This document shows, piece after piece, positions 42,430-52,850 of a DNA stretch of 64,000 bases (position 1 is the stretch's first letter; every line of letters starts with the position of its first letter). The notes under the pieces are model-generated. The model ran no database searches, had not been told where the DNA came from, and saw only the letters and a program-made list of their open reading frames with translations. Position numbers and translations under genes: made by a program. Source of the DNA: an uncultured Candidatus Saccharibacteria bacterium (lineage in GTDB: Bacteria; Patescibacteriota; Minisyncoccia; Phycocordibacterales; SW-6-46-9); NCBI GenBank assembly GCA_964534365.1, contig CAZHOI010000002.1, positions 8,138-72,137 of the forward strand, in the 5' to 3' direction.

Positions 42430-42699
42430 ATGAATTACTATGTCTATATTCTATATAGTGAAAAAGACGGCAACTTATATGTTGGGTGTACATCTAATCT
42501 CAATAAAAGGATTAGATATCACTGCTTGGGTCATGTAAAAACAACCAAGCATCGTCGTCCTTTAAAGCTAATCCACAAAGAATTATTTGTAGAAAAGGGG
42601 CAAGCCTATAATCGAGAAAGGTTTTTAAAAAGTCTATGGGGATCTAGGGAAAAACAAAAAATTAAGAGGGAGTTTCTTGATAAGAAAAACCGAATTTAA
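42430..42699 (+). CDS. Small GIY-YIG nuclease family protein
   Basis: YYVYILYS...LYVGCTSNL..R..H..G...T...RP.KL...E...RE.FLKS. Confidence 0.9.
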   Translation: MNYYVYILYSEKDGNLYVGCTSNLNKRIRYHCLGHVKTTKHRRPLKLIHKELFVEKGQAYNRERFLKSLWGSREKQKIKREFLDKKNRI

Positions 42700-42842
42700 A
42701 TTACCTACTCACAATAAAGATAGTTAAGACTAATTTCTTAATACTGAAGTCTCGAACAGTTTACGCGATAAGCAATGTTTTAGTGGCTAATCCCGCATTG
42801 CGGGACGCCAGAACATAAATTACTGGGTAATTTATGTTTTAG

Positions 42843-43237
42843 GGGGATGACTGGTATCGCCTCGAATAATTGTCAATCCAATGGCCAAACGGAAAACGCT
42901 GCCTACTTCCTTAAACTGGCAGTAACCAATACATGCAGACGAAAACTCTGTAGCGAGCCCATACTTTAATGGTGTTCGCGCATTTGCCTAAGTCGAGTTC
43001 GCTCCTTAGCAATGCCGGATAAAGCCTCTGGCTGACATTACTATGTTTTGTCCGTATCACCTTAATGTCTCGAGTTGGTGATCGTTAATCGCTGACTTTA
43101 AAAACTTAACTCGGATTTAGGATGTATTTGGATATTTGACCTCAACCTAGATCTTAAATTCCCTAACAAATATCCTTGGTTTGGGACACCATAAATTGGC
43201 ATTATTCGAACACGGGGGTTCAATCTCCCCATCTCCA
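42843..43237 (+). ncRNA. ssrA: tmRNA; tag ORF 42935-42991 encodes ADENSVASPYFNGVRAFA*
   Basis: GGGGATG/CATCTCC-A acceptor with G3:U70, GGTTCAA T-loop, tag ending in AFA; downstream of smpB. Confidence 0.93.
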
Positions 43238-43756
43238 CATTGTAAATCCACGACTGCCGTTTGGCAGTTTTTGATTTGCAAATTGAGGAATGAGAGATTG
43301 AAAGACGGAATGACGCTGCCAGCGGCAGATTAAGTCATGAGTCCGGGTAGGAGCCACTTATGAGCAAAGCGAAATAGTGAGCTGACACCGATCCCCCCAT
43401 CTCCACTCGACTTCATAATAAAACCAGACTTTTGTCTGGTTTTATTATTGCGCTCGTGGCAAACCACCTCGATCATACTGCACAAACATCCTTAACCTCA
43501 TACATTGTTTTAAAAGTAGTTACAAGAAGTCGAAGTGCCCTTAGTGAACATAGTGATAAGTAGTATCAAACCGGTCTCGAAACGAAGACCTGAAACTTAC
43601 CCAGTATCCAGATGGAAGACATGCTCATAGTAAGTAAAGATTAATCAAATAAAAGTTACCTAAGTAGAATGATTTTTTATTTAGGGGTCGGACCGCTAAA
43701 TTTTGGGGTAACCAGAAGTTGGTAGGGTTGCCATCATAAGCTACAATGATTGATAC

Positions 43757-45088
43757 ATGCGTCAGCGCTGGATGATGAAAAAAATCGTGGCAATTGTCGG
43801 ATTTGTAGCTATTTTTTCATTTCTTTCAATAGAAATGTGGCTATATGATTTAAATAATAATCCCCCACTAGCACAAGCATTGTCGGCCGTTGATAATTTT
43901 GATACTAATAAGCAAATTTTAAATAGCAAAATTTATCCTCAGACAATTGATCAGCCAGATTCTCTAACCACAATCGATATAATCAAGCCGCTGGATGCCT
44001 ACATTGACCAAATTCCAGACGATGGTGGATTCATCGTAATTGACTTGGGAACCGAAGACCTGATGTTGTACCAGGACGGTGAATTGGATTTTCGTACCAA
44101 ATTCAAATCACAAGGAGAGTTTGGATCATTTTGGCAAACTCCTACCGGATATTATGAAATCTCGTACGCTAATCGCAACCATCGGTCGTCAATTGGAAAT
44201 GTTGATATGCCATATTCGTTGCAATTTTCTGGCAATTTCTTCATCCATGGTTGGCCAACTAACCCCGATGGCACACCCGTTCCCGAGGGGTTTTCTGGGG
44301 GTTGCGTAAGACTCTCCACCAGTGACGCCAAGACAGTATTTGAATCTAGCCCGGTTGGTACCAAAGTGCTAGTGGTAAATTCTAATACAGTTCAAACAGA
44401 TCAGATTAATCACCCTAATTTAGAAAATTGGCAGACCACTGCCCCGTCCTATTTGGTCGCCAATCTAAAAACTGGCCAGGTTTATCAAGGACAAAATTAC
44501 CGCAATCAACCGTTTCCTTTGGGATCAATAAGTAATTTTATACTTGCAATCAAAACAAATGAATGGATTAGTTACAACTCGCAAATACCACTGTATGCCA
44601 CAAGTAATAACAAATTTTATCAAACTACTCAAACGCAAACTCCCAAGGAAATATATCCAAATTTATTAAACTTGGACCAGCAAGCAGACGCATTGAATTT
44701 ATCAGTCAGCAACTATCATGGTCGTGGGTTTGGTATATCTAAAACTACTACCAAACACCAATCAATAGGAATGGATGAAACTAAATTAATCAGCTCCGTA
44801 AATGAATTAGAACCGCTACGCTTCAGCGGACCATTAGATGAGTGGTTTCATTTGATTAGATATCTACATTTTCAGAAACCATTCCTGCTAGAGACGGCCA
44901 CCGGAATTGATCAATTGACTAAAGGATTGAAAGTGTTTACTACGTCTACTGCCGAGGATACATTATCTGGATTTGCCATCGCGATTGATGACAGCAACGA
45001 TCCAGTGGTTTATCTAGCCTTTGATGACCCTAATTTTGTTAATAATGCCAGTCAGTTAAAAGCATTACTAGATCAATTGCCTAATTAA
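43757..45088 (+). CDS. L,D-transpeptidase fused to a degenerate D,D-carboxypeptidase-like domain
   Basis: QTPTG, FFIHGWP, SGGCVRL catalytic motif; C-terminal SYLVANLKTG...PLGSISN. Confidence 0.85.
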   Translation: MRQRWMMKKIVAIVGFVAIFSFLSIEMWLYDLNNNPPLAQALSAVDNFDTNKQILNSKIYPQTIDQPDSLTTIDIIKPLDAYIDQIPDDGGFIVIDLGTEDLMLYQDGELDFRTKFKSQGEFGSFWQTPTGYYEISYANRNHRSSIGNVDMPYSLQFSGNFFIHGWPTNPDGTPVPEGFSGGCVRLSTSDAKTVFESSPVGTKVLVVNSNTVQTDQINHPNLENWQTTAPSYLVANLKTGQVYQGQNYRNQPFPLGSISNFILAIKTNEWISYNSQIPLYATSNNKFYQTTQTQTPKEIYPNLLNLDQQADALNLSVSNYHGRGFGISKTTTKHQSIGMDETKLISSVNELEPLRFSGPLDEWFHLIRYLHFQKPFLLETATGIDQLTKGLKVFTTSTAEDTLSGFAIAIDDSNDPVVYLAFDDPNFVNNASQLKALLDQLPN

Positions 45089-45986
45089 TTCCGCCTGCTA
45101 CTACCTCGGTATCAAGTAAAAACATGGTTGCAGCAAATAAAATTATTAGAATGGCAACCGCCAAAGCGCTTTGCAATAGTATTTGTCGTTGGTTGGTTCG
45201 GGTTTGGCATCGCAGATAAGAACGGAAACTCAAGGCTAGTACTACGATCATCAATAGCAAAAACAGCGTTCCGTAAATTCGATCTGGTTGCACCATTAAT
45301 TTATCAACCACGCCAACTTGACCAACTGCTGCTATCAAATTTTCGGCATCGGCAATGGCTTGGCTTTTTTCAGCGGCTGTAACCGGACGGCCGAGCAAGC
45401 TTTCTAGTTCTGAATAATCCCGTTGTGGTCCATAAGGAGTACCAAAATGTTGCGCCACATAAGTTGATCGTTGATTTTTATACTGCCCTGTCGCCGTAGC
45501 AATGCCAATTTGGCTATAATTATTATTAATAATATTATCGCGATGAGTCGGCGAATTCATCCAGGCGCGAGTAACAGATCCCGAATCTCGAAAATTCACT
45601 GCCAAATTCTCGCCGGCGTAACTAAATCGATATCCAGCCTGTTCGAACCAATGCCAAGGTGATAAACCACTGGGCGAAACGTGGGCAAAATACGATTGAT
45701 CAGCCATGTCATTAGCCTTTAGTTGAGCTGATACGGTTAACAATATATTTGGTTCCAAAGGGGGCAGGTCGTCAGTAGCGCGTTCGTCATTAGTTTGATC
45801 GACTAGGACAGCCGCAATCACAGCCGCATAATCAGAACCAGCATATCGCTGCAAAACCTCGCCATGTATTCCGGCTAAAATAAATAATCCAAATGCAGCA
45901 ATAACAATAATTCCGACTTCGCCCAATCGAATCAGGTTTCTAAATTTAGTGCTAGTTGCGCGATTCACTTTATTGAATTTATCCAT
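45081..45986 (-). CDS. CAP/SCP domain membrane protein
   Basis: AQLKANDMA..YFAHVSP, AGENLA, WMNSPTHRDNI, IGIA, QHFG. Confidence 0.9.
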   Translation of the reverse strand: MDKFNKVNRATSTKFRNLIRLGEVGIIVIAAFGLFILAGIHGEVLQRYAGSDYAAVIAAVLVDQTNDERATDDLPPLEPNILLTVSAQLKANDMADQSYFAHVSPSGLSPWHWFEQAGYRFSYAGENLAVNFRDSGSVTRAWMNSPTHRDNIINNNYSQIGIATATGQYKNQRSTYVAQHFGTPYGPQRDYSELESLLGRPVTAAEKSQAIADAENLIAAVGQVGVVDKLMVQPDRIYGTLFLLLMIVVLALSFRSYLRCQTRTNQRQILLQSALAVAILIILFAATMFLLDTEVVAGGIN

Positions 45987-46060
45987 GTGTGCATAATACT
46001 ATGTTTTAAAGCCGATACAAAAACCCCATTTGGGGTTAAAGATTAAAATAAGAGTTGAGT

Positions 46061-49000
46061 TTATTCTTCTTCTAATTTCGCAAAAGTTTGATTAGTCAGT
46101 GTAGTTACCGCTGATTGATTCGGGGCCGTACCGCCATGACCGGTGGCAACACCGCCTACTGGCATAACCGCCACCTGATCCCCTAATACTTCACCATCAT
46201 CGTGACGCTGGCGCAATAAATCAGCTAGCCGCTCGAGCATATCGATACGATCGGGGGAAGCAGTCCCTGGAGCAATAGTAGAGGCTCCTAATACCCCACC
46301 CTCATTATTATCATCGTCGTCGTCATCGTCTGAGCCACCAGAGCTACCAGATGAGCTGGTAAAGCTAGTTGCTACTGGGCCACCAGAAGCTGATTCTGTT
46401 TGGTTTGATCCGTCACCAGGAGTATCACCATCATCTGGATTAATTTCACATTCGGCTTCTAGACCAGATACTACCACTATGTCATCACCGCCAGTTACGA
46501 ACAGATCAAATACAATTCCGTCTCCAGCAGTATTTAGTTCAAACGTGTCTGGGGAGTTGAATGTCGAACCTAGCTCCAAGCCCTCAACTGAATCAGGGGT
46601 AATCGTTGGAGTTGATAACAGAGCTCCGCCAGAGAATAGAATCTCGCCGGAAACATTACGTAATTGATCACTGCCGCCAATAAGGGTAATTACCAATTCA
46701 TTATCTGCGTTTAGCACTACCGAGAACTCGCCCTCTTCATCAGCCGTTTCACCCAGTGGCGCAATGTTGACATTGGTGTCGGTCAATACATCGACATTTG
46801 ATTCCACATCGACATCTAATTCAATTTCGGCAAAACATTGATTGTCATTTGGTTCGCCGCCACATTCAACTGCCCCTACTCCGGCAACATCAAATCCGTC
46901 TCGGGTTCCTGGACCAGCGTTTGGACTGGTTATGTCTACTATTTTAATAAAGCTGGCTTCAGGTAGTACTCCTAAATCAAATGTATAATTTGCATTAGGA
47001 TCATTAGTATTGTCAACCGTAGCCACTCCAAGCAGTTCATAGTTTATCCCATCAACTGACGCATAGACTTCGGCTTTTTCTGGGTGATTATTAACGGTTG
47101 GATTACCGTAACTAGTTTCAAACACTCGGATGTCATCACCGGCTACATTCTGCAGCGGTTGTTCAAATTCAATTGTAATATCACCACCTATTCCTAGTGA
47201 ATAGAAGTCGATCGCTTCATCAGGTTGTGAATCTGGACCAGTGGCCTTTGATTCAACTGATCGGTCGGCCGGAACATCGGTTCCATCAGCTCGTTGACCT
47301 TGATTAGCTGATACTACTTCGCCGGCAAAACATTGCAGAACTAGATCAGGATCAGAATTATTACCTTCTTCTTCACACAGATTCTCCTCTAGCAATTGTT
47401 CGTGGGCACCGCCAAGTTTACGATCGCCATAGCGTTGACCGTTAAAGTCTTCGATTAAATCACCATAGAATACATCAATCTGGTAGGCACAAGATGGCAC
47501 ATCAATATTAAAGGTAACGGGTTCACTTGGATCTAGCGTTTCCAGTTCACTATCAAATAATTCCTGAGTATCGATGTCTAGATTATTGTCATTATTAGTT
47601 TTATTTGTATCTTTGTATTCGAACGCTTTATAAGACGCAATTCCGACATCATATACACAGGTATCCGAAGTATTTTCAATTGTTACCATTCCGGTAACCG
47701 GGTCAAAGCCAGTCACAACTAGATTTGATTCGTGATTGGCTTCGCACTGTTCAGTTTGATCTGAATTATTAATTGTGAAATTTTGAGTAAGTCGTATATT
47801 ACTATCATCTTCGTCTTCTACTGGGTTGAAAGCAAAACAGTAATCACCATTATCAAATTGAGTTGAATCGAATTCAGCAGTAAAGATCGTGCCATCAAAT
47901 TGAAAATCATCATCTTGATCGTTTACATTTCCGAACACAGTCGGATTTGAGGCATCACAACTACCCTGCCGCACCGCAAACTTTACTTCATCATCATTAT
48001 CACCGTTTTCGTCCACATAAGTAGCCTCTAGAGTAATAGTTCCCGACACCTCCTCGCCCTCGGATGGATTAGTAATTTCTGATTCAGCTGGCGCATCGTC
48101 ATCACAACTGCCATCTACTGAAGTTTCTGATGATTCTGCTTCTTCACACAACCATGGATTGTAATCAACTTGCTCACCTACTAGGGCGCCATCTGAATCA
48201 GTTTCGCCAAATGGACCAGCAGGACCTTCGGAATCATTCCAATAATTTTCCTCGGCCGACAAAATGTCAGTTTCGCCAGTCGTACCAACATCATAATTAA
48301 CCCCAGCTACTCCTTCAGATTCATCAAAGAAGAAGTTGTTCTGCTCGATCGTCATGGTTGAGACATCAGCATCATTCCCGGTTCTTTTATTAACGCTTAT
48401 TGCTACCGGAGGAAGATTAATCGCCGAGAAATTTTCAAAATCATTTAATCGCACTACAACATTTGGTGTATCCGCATCCAGTCCAATACCAACAGTATAT
48501 GATGCATCCCCTAAATTAGTTATTTCATTATTTTCAACCACCAAATCATTAGTGTCTTCATTTACAGTAATTCCGAATGCACCTTTGGTGTCACCTCCCT
48601 CTATATTTGAAATTTTGTTGTTTAAAATACTTATATTATCGAGCGATTCATCACTAGCTCCTATTAAAATACCCTGAGCGGTATTAGTTAATGAAGTTAA
48701 ATTAGTTATTTCATTGTTTGATACTTCGACATTGCTTCCAGCCTCTAACCAAATTCCAGCAATAGTATCATTTTCTTCATAGCCATCAACAATATTATTC
48801 GTAATTACTACATCGGAATACAGTCCTCCATTATCAGTCAATACAATACCTAGCGCTGGCGAAGGATCGGTTGAACTTTGGGTTACAGTGAAACCATCTA
48901 TCGTCGTATTTGAGGCTTCAATCAACAACCTTCCTTCAATAATTGTAGAGGTAGCACTATTTTCCGATTGAATCGTTAGTTCTTTGTCGACAGTAATAAT

Positions 49001-49627
49001 CTCTGGATATGTCCCATCGTCGACTTCGATCACGTCGCCATCATCAGTACCACAGTCATCAATTGCTTCTTGTATAGTCGTAAAATCCTCACCGGTGTCA
49101 GTGTTTTCTACCGGTAGTGTATCGTTATCAGAGCCAAAATCATCACCTGAACAATCGTCTCCTGGTTCGGTTGTAACAGGAGTTACTGATTCGGCTTGAA
49201 AATTAACCACGATAGGACTTTCAGCCGCTGCATCGCTGTAATCTTGACTAGCAACTTCAGATCCATTTTCAGTAATAAATAGGGTATCTCCGCCATCATT
49301 CCAAGTACCGGAACCACTTAGAGTCGGATCGTCACAAGTCTCGCTTGTCTCACAAAACGTGTATGAGCTACCAGAAGTCAAAACAACGCCAGCTAGACTA
49401 TAAGCATTGTTGTTATTTTCATCGCCAAAGCCGTAATCGCTGAGGTCAACGGTTTCTGAACCATTATTGGTAAATGTAATAGACTCAGGATTAGTGGCAG
49501 TTAAACTAGCCTCAATGTCTTGAGGAGCGGCCATAGCAGTTGGTACCGCAAATCCAGCGGGGGCAAAGGTAGTCGCCAGAAAGGTAAAGGCGGTTAATAA
49601 TGAGAGTAATTTTTTGAATTTGTTCAT
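46061..49627 (-). CDS. Large acidic surface protein: lamin-tail-like domain, right-handed beta-helix, Ig-like domains
   Basis: Signal peptide; N..S.TVDLSDY...WNDGGD; TTIQEAID...GTYPE; repeated I.NN.I; NYW..GP; GGVLGAST. Confidence 0.75.
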   Translation of the reverse strand: MNKFKKLLSLLTAFTFLATTFAPAGFAVPTAMAAPQDIEASLTATNPESITFTNNGSETVDLSDYGFGDENNNNAYSLAGVVLTSGSSYTFCETSETCDDPTLSGSGTWNDGGDTLFITENGSEVASQDYSDAAAESPIVVNFQAESVTPVTTEPGDDCSGDDFGSDNDTLPVENTDTGEDFTTIQEAIDDCGTDDGDVIEVDDGTYPEIITVDKELTIQSENSATSTIIEGRLLIEASNTTIDGFTVTQSSTDPSPALGIVLTDNGGLYSDVVITNNIVDGYEENDTIAGIWLEAGSNVEVSNNEITNLTSLTNTAQGILIGASDESLDNISILNNKISNIEGGDTKGAFGITVNEDTNDLVVENNEITNLGDASYTVGIGLDADTPNVVVRLNDFENFSAINLPPVAISVNKRTGNDADVSTMTIEQNNFFFDESEGVAGVNYDVGTTGETDILSAEENYWNDSEGPAGPFGETDSDGALVGEQVDYNPWLCEEAESSETSVDGSCDDDAPAESEITNPSEGEEVSGTITLEATYVDENGDNDDEVKFAVRQGSCDASNPTVFGNVNDQDDDFQFDGTIFTAEFDSTQFDNGDYCFAFNPVEDEDDSNIRLTQNFTINNSDQTEQCEANHESNLVVTGFDPVTGMVTIENTSDTCVYDVGIASYKAFEYKDTNKTNNDNNLDIDTQELFDSELETLDPSEPVTFNIDVPSCAYQIDVFYGDLIEDFNGQRYGDRKLGGAHEQLLEENLCEEEGNNSDPDLVLQCFAGEVVSANQGQRADGTDVPADRSVESKATGPDSQPDEAIDFYSLGIGGDITIEFEQPLQNVAGDDIRVFETSYGNPTVNNHPEKAEVYASVDGINYELLGVATVDNTNDPNANYTFDLGVLPEASFIKIVDITSPNAGPGTRDGFDVAGVGAVECGGEPNDNQCFAEIELDVDVESNVDVLTDTNVNIAPLGETADEEGEFSVVLNADNELVITLIGGSDQLRNVSGEILFSGGALLSTPTITPDSVEGLELGSTFNSPDTFELNTAGDGIVFDLFVTGGDDIVVVSGLEAECEINPDDGDTPGDGSNQTESASGGPVATSFTSSSGSSGGSDDDDDDDNNEGGVLGASTIAPGTASPDRIDMLERLADLLRQRHDDGEVLGDQVAVMPVGGVATGHGGTAPNQSAVTTLTNQTFAKLEEE

Positions 49628-49914
49628 ATTTTTTAAATTTTTTAATAATTTATGACTATTTAATAACTCTTTGCCGTCAAATCAAGATCCAGAAGCAATA
49701 ATTTAATGACCTTAATTTAACTACAATATAGTTATCTCTTATCATTATGGGGGGTAGGTACTAAAAGTGCAAACTGTACAAATGGGCATAAAGTGGTTTA
49801 TAACCAGTTGATAAGTGTGTATAGCTAATCATTGATACTCCTAAACTTAAAACCCAAGCAAAATAGGACAACATCTGCTATAATAATCAACATTAAACTT
49901 AACCTAGCAAGAAT

Positions 49915-50475
49915 TTGAGTAGAAATAATAACCGACGCAACTATAGTCCAAAAACTTTAATTAATGATCAGATCCGCGCCCGAGAATTGCGGGTAATTGA
50001 TGAAAATGGCGACAACGTAGGGGTAATCAATACTGACGAGGCGATTAAACGCGCCAGAACCGCTGGACTAGATTTAATCGAAATATCCCCCAAGGCTAAA
50101 CCGCCAGTTGCCAAAATTACCGATTATGGTAAATGGAAGTACGAACAAGCTAAAAAAGCCAAAGCCATTAAAGCTAAGTCAAATCGCACGGAAACAAAAG
50201 AAGTGCAAATAAAGGTTGGTACTTCAGACCATGACGTGGAATTAAAAGCCAAACGAGCCAGCGAATGGTTAAAAGATGGCGATCGAGTCAAAGTCGAGCT
50301 ATTTTTGCGCGGTCGCACTAAATACGTGATGGGCGAGGATTTTTTCCAGGAAAAACTAAATCGAGTGTTAAAACTGCTAACAATAAATTATCGAATAGCC
50401 GAGAATATGCGCAAAGGCCCCAAAGGTTATTACATGATTATCGAAAAGGGATCGAGTAAAAAAACTGACCACTGA
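49915..50475 (+). CDS. infC: Translation initiation factor IF-3 (TTG start)
   Basis: INDQIRARELRVID, A..AGLDLIEISPKAKPPVAKITDYGK, GDRVKV..FLRGR. Confidence 0.96.
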   Translation: MSRNNNRRNYSPKTLINDQIRARELRVIDENGDNVGVINTDEAIKRARTAGLDLIEISPKAKPPVAKITDYGKWKYEQAKKAKAIKAKSNRTETKEVQIKVGTSDHDVELKAKRASEWLKDGDRVKVELFLRGRTKYVMGEDFFQEKLNRVLKLLTINYRIAENMRKGPKGYYMIIEKGSSKKTDH

Positions 50476-50644
50476 TCACAAAGTATAATATTTACCATGT
50501 TGGAAAAACCTCATATTGTAATTTCGCTAACTCTGGCTGATGGCGACACGCTAAGTAGTTAAGTAAGAATTACTTCAAAATTACTTGAAAATTACTTTAA
50601 GGGGTTTGATATTTGCAATTTGCTATAGTACCCTACTGCCTATC

Positions 50645-50845
50645 ATGGCTCAGAAAACTAATAAATCATACAGCAAAAGGGTCAAGGTGACTGGTTCTGG
50701 TAAATTGGTTACGCGAACCCCTGGCAAGAACCATTATAATGCCAAGACCACTCGTGGTGATTTACAATCCAAAAAAGGCACTTCCGAAGCAAACCTGCCC
50801 AATAAAGTAATTATTAACAATCTGCCACACGCCAAAACAAAATAA
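50645..50845 (+). CDS. rpmI: 50S ribosomal protein L35
   Basis: KTNKSYSKRVKVTGSGKL; between infC and rplT. Confidence 0.88.
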   Translation: MAQKTNKSYSKRVKVTGSGKLVTRTPGKNHYNAKTTRGDLQSKKGTSEANLPNKVIINNLPHAKTK

Positions 50846-51021
50846 AAAGCTTTTAGCGACTATATTTCGTTTGACCCCTCACTTGAGGATCGAGTTTACT
50901 TGAATAAAATTAGCAAATAAAGTATTGTTTTTCTATCTTAATTTAGTATTAATAACAAATTTTCAAGTGAGGGGTAATGATTTTCTAAATTCATTGTCAT
51001 TCATTAATAAAAATCAATTAT

Positions 51022-51372
51022 ATGCCACGAGTTAAACGAGGAACCCTAAAAAACAAAAAACGTCGCGCTACCCTGCAACAAACCAAGGGGTATCGATTTG
51101 GACGTAAAGCTAAAAAGCGCGAAGCCTACGAGGCTATTAATCATGCTGGTAATCATGCCTTTGCCCACCGTAGACGTCGCAAGGGAGTAATTCGGCGCGA
51201 TTGGCAAGTAGCCATTTCGGCAGGGTTAGGCAGAATCGAATCTGGCTTGTCTTACAGCAAATTCATCAACGCCCTTAACCAAAAAAACATTGAATTGGAT
51301 CGAAAGATATTAGCAGATTTAGCTAAAAATGACGAGTCGTCTTTCAAAGCTGTGGTTGAGACCGCTCGGTAA
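51022..51372 (+). CDS. rplT: 50S ribosomal protein L20
   Basis: MPRVKRG, KGY.GR, SYSKFI..L....[11 protein letters not shown]. Confidence 0.96.
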   Translation: MPRVKRGTLKNKKRRATLQQTKGYRFGRKAKKREAYEAINHAGNHAFAHRRRRKGVIRRDWQVAISAGLGRIESGLSYSKFINALNQKNIELDRKILADLAKNDESSFKAVVETAR

Positions 51373-51416
51373 TAGTTTAGTCTGGGTATGTCGCCGCTTA
51401 ACTAGCGGTTTTTTTA

Positions 51417-52790
51417 TTATAATTCAAGCACTTGTTTCAATTCAGGCGTCAGAACCTGGGCTTTGATTTCATCACTATTAATCAACAGGTTTGAAAATTC
51501 CAGGGCGGTTTTAGGCTCGGACAAAACTACGGCAATAAATTTGGTTCCGTAATCAGCGGCAGTTTTGGCAAATTCATATAAATTTTGTTGGTCTTTGTGT
51601 GAAGAATAGGACAACAAACTCTCGACCGCGGCTCGGACCTTGATTCGGCGCCCTTTGATACGAACCTGTTTATTACCTTCCAACATTTGTCGCCCTACCG
51701 TTCCTGGCGCTTGGTAGCCGATGAATAAAATAGTGGTATCAGTCTGATCCAAATATTCCAATTCATGAAATAGCACGCGCCCAGCGTGGGACATACCCGA
51801 GCCGGCGATTATTATTTTTGGACCCCCCACCCCTTTGATTGCCTGTGACTCTTGTTTGGTTTTAGTAATTTCCAGACCGGGAAAATCAAAAATGTTATCA
51901 CCACTGTTAATGTCAGACTGAACGGAATCTTTGAAATATTTGCTAGAACGGCGATAAATTTCTAACACTTTGATTGCCAGTGGTGAATCCAAAAATACTG
52001 GGATCGAGGGTAATTGTCCGGATTCAACCAATTCGTTTAATTCATACAGCAGCATCTGGGTACGTTCCAGCGAGAACGCGGGAATAATAATTGCACCTCC
52101 ACGATCGATGGCGCGCTGTAGGATTTCATTTAATTTTTGCTGCCGAACAGCAGTATCATCATGATTGCGATTGCCATACACGGCTTCCATAATTAAATAT
52201 TCTGAATCAGTGATTGATTCGGTATTACGCAATAGAACTGATGGTGAATTACCTAGATCCCCGGTAAAAGTCACCACATTATCGGGGGTGGTTATTTTGG
52301 CCATAGCCGAGCCCAGAATATGACCGGCATCAAAGTATTCAACCGTAGTTAGCTGATCGGATAATTTAAACGGACTATGATATTCAAAAGTTTTCCATTT
52401 GCTAAAGGCCGATTGTAAATGCGAATCATCCCACAATGGCTCGACCTCCATGCGTTTGGCATCGTGGCGCATAATCTGCAAACCATCAGCCAACATCACT
52501 TGGGCTAAATCTTTGGTTGCCTGGGTGGAATAAATCTGGCCTTTGAACCCTTCGGCAATTAATTTACCGATTAAACCAATATGATCCATATGCGCATGGG
52601 TCACAATTAAATCACCAACGGCACTAGGGTCATAGGCAAAAGGTTGCCAATTACGGCGTTCTAATTCGTCAGAACCCTGTGTCAACCCACAATCAATTAG
52701 CATTTGGTGACCAGCGGCGGTTTGCAGCATAAAATTCGACCCAGTAACTGCATCCGCACCTCCGTAAAATTTAATTTGATCAGTGGTCAT
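51417..52790 (-). CDS. MBL-fold beta-CASP ribonuclease
   Basis: VTGS, DCG, THAHMDHIG, AGHILGS, GDLG, PAFSLERTQ, AGSGM..GR, SSHKD. Confidence 0.92.
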   Translation of the reverse strand: MTTDQIKFYGGADAVTGSNFMLQTAAGHQMLIDCGLTQGSDELERRNWQPFAYDPSAVGDLIVTHAHMDHIGLIGKLIAEGFKGQIYSTQATKDLAQVMLADGLQIMRHDAKRMEVEPLWDDSHLQSAFSKWKTFEYHSPFKLSDQLTTVEYFDAGHILGSAMAKITTPDNVVTFTGDLGNSPSVLLRNTESITDSEYLIMEAVYGNRNHDDTAVRQQKLNEILQRAIDRGGAIIIPAFSLERTQMLLYELNELVESGQLPSIPVFLDSPLAIKVLEIYRRSSKYFKDSVQSDINSGDNIFDFPGLEITKTKQESQAIKGVGGPKIIIAGSGMSHAGRVLFHELEYLDQTDTTILFIGYQAPGTVGRQMLEGNKQVRIKGRRIKVRAAVESLLSYSSHKDQQNLYEFAKTAADYGTKFIAVVLSEPKTALEFSNLLINSDEIKAQVLTPELKQVLEL

Positions 52791-52850
52791 TCAATAGTCA
52801 TTCTATCATCGATTCATCCGTTATTAATTTATCTATTATTGATTTATTTA

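Noticed and set aside
43683-43700. AGGGGTCGGACCGCT palindrome as a second REP family
   Set aside because: One imperfect copy; the similar text near 11495 is part of a terminator
49915-49917. Non-AUG start of infC as novel
   Set aside because: Non-canonical infC starts are established IF3 autoregulation
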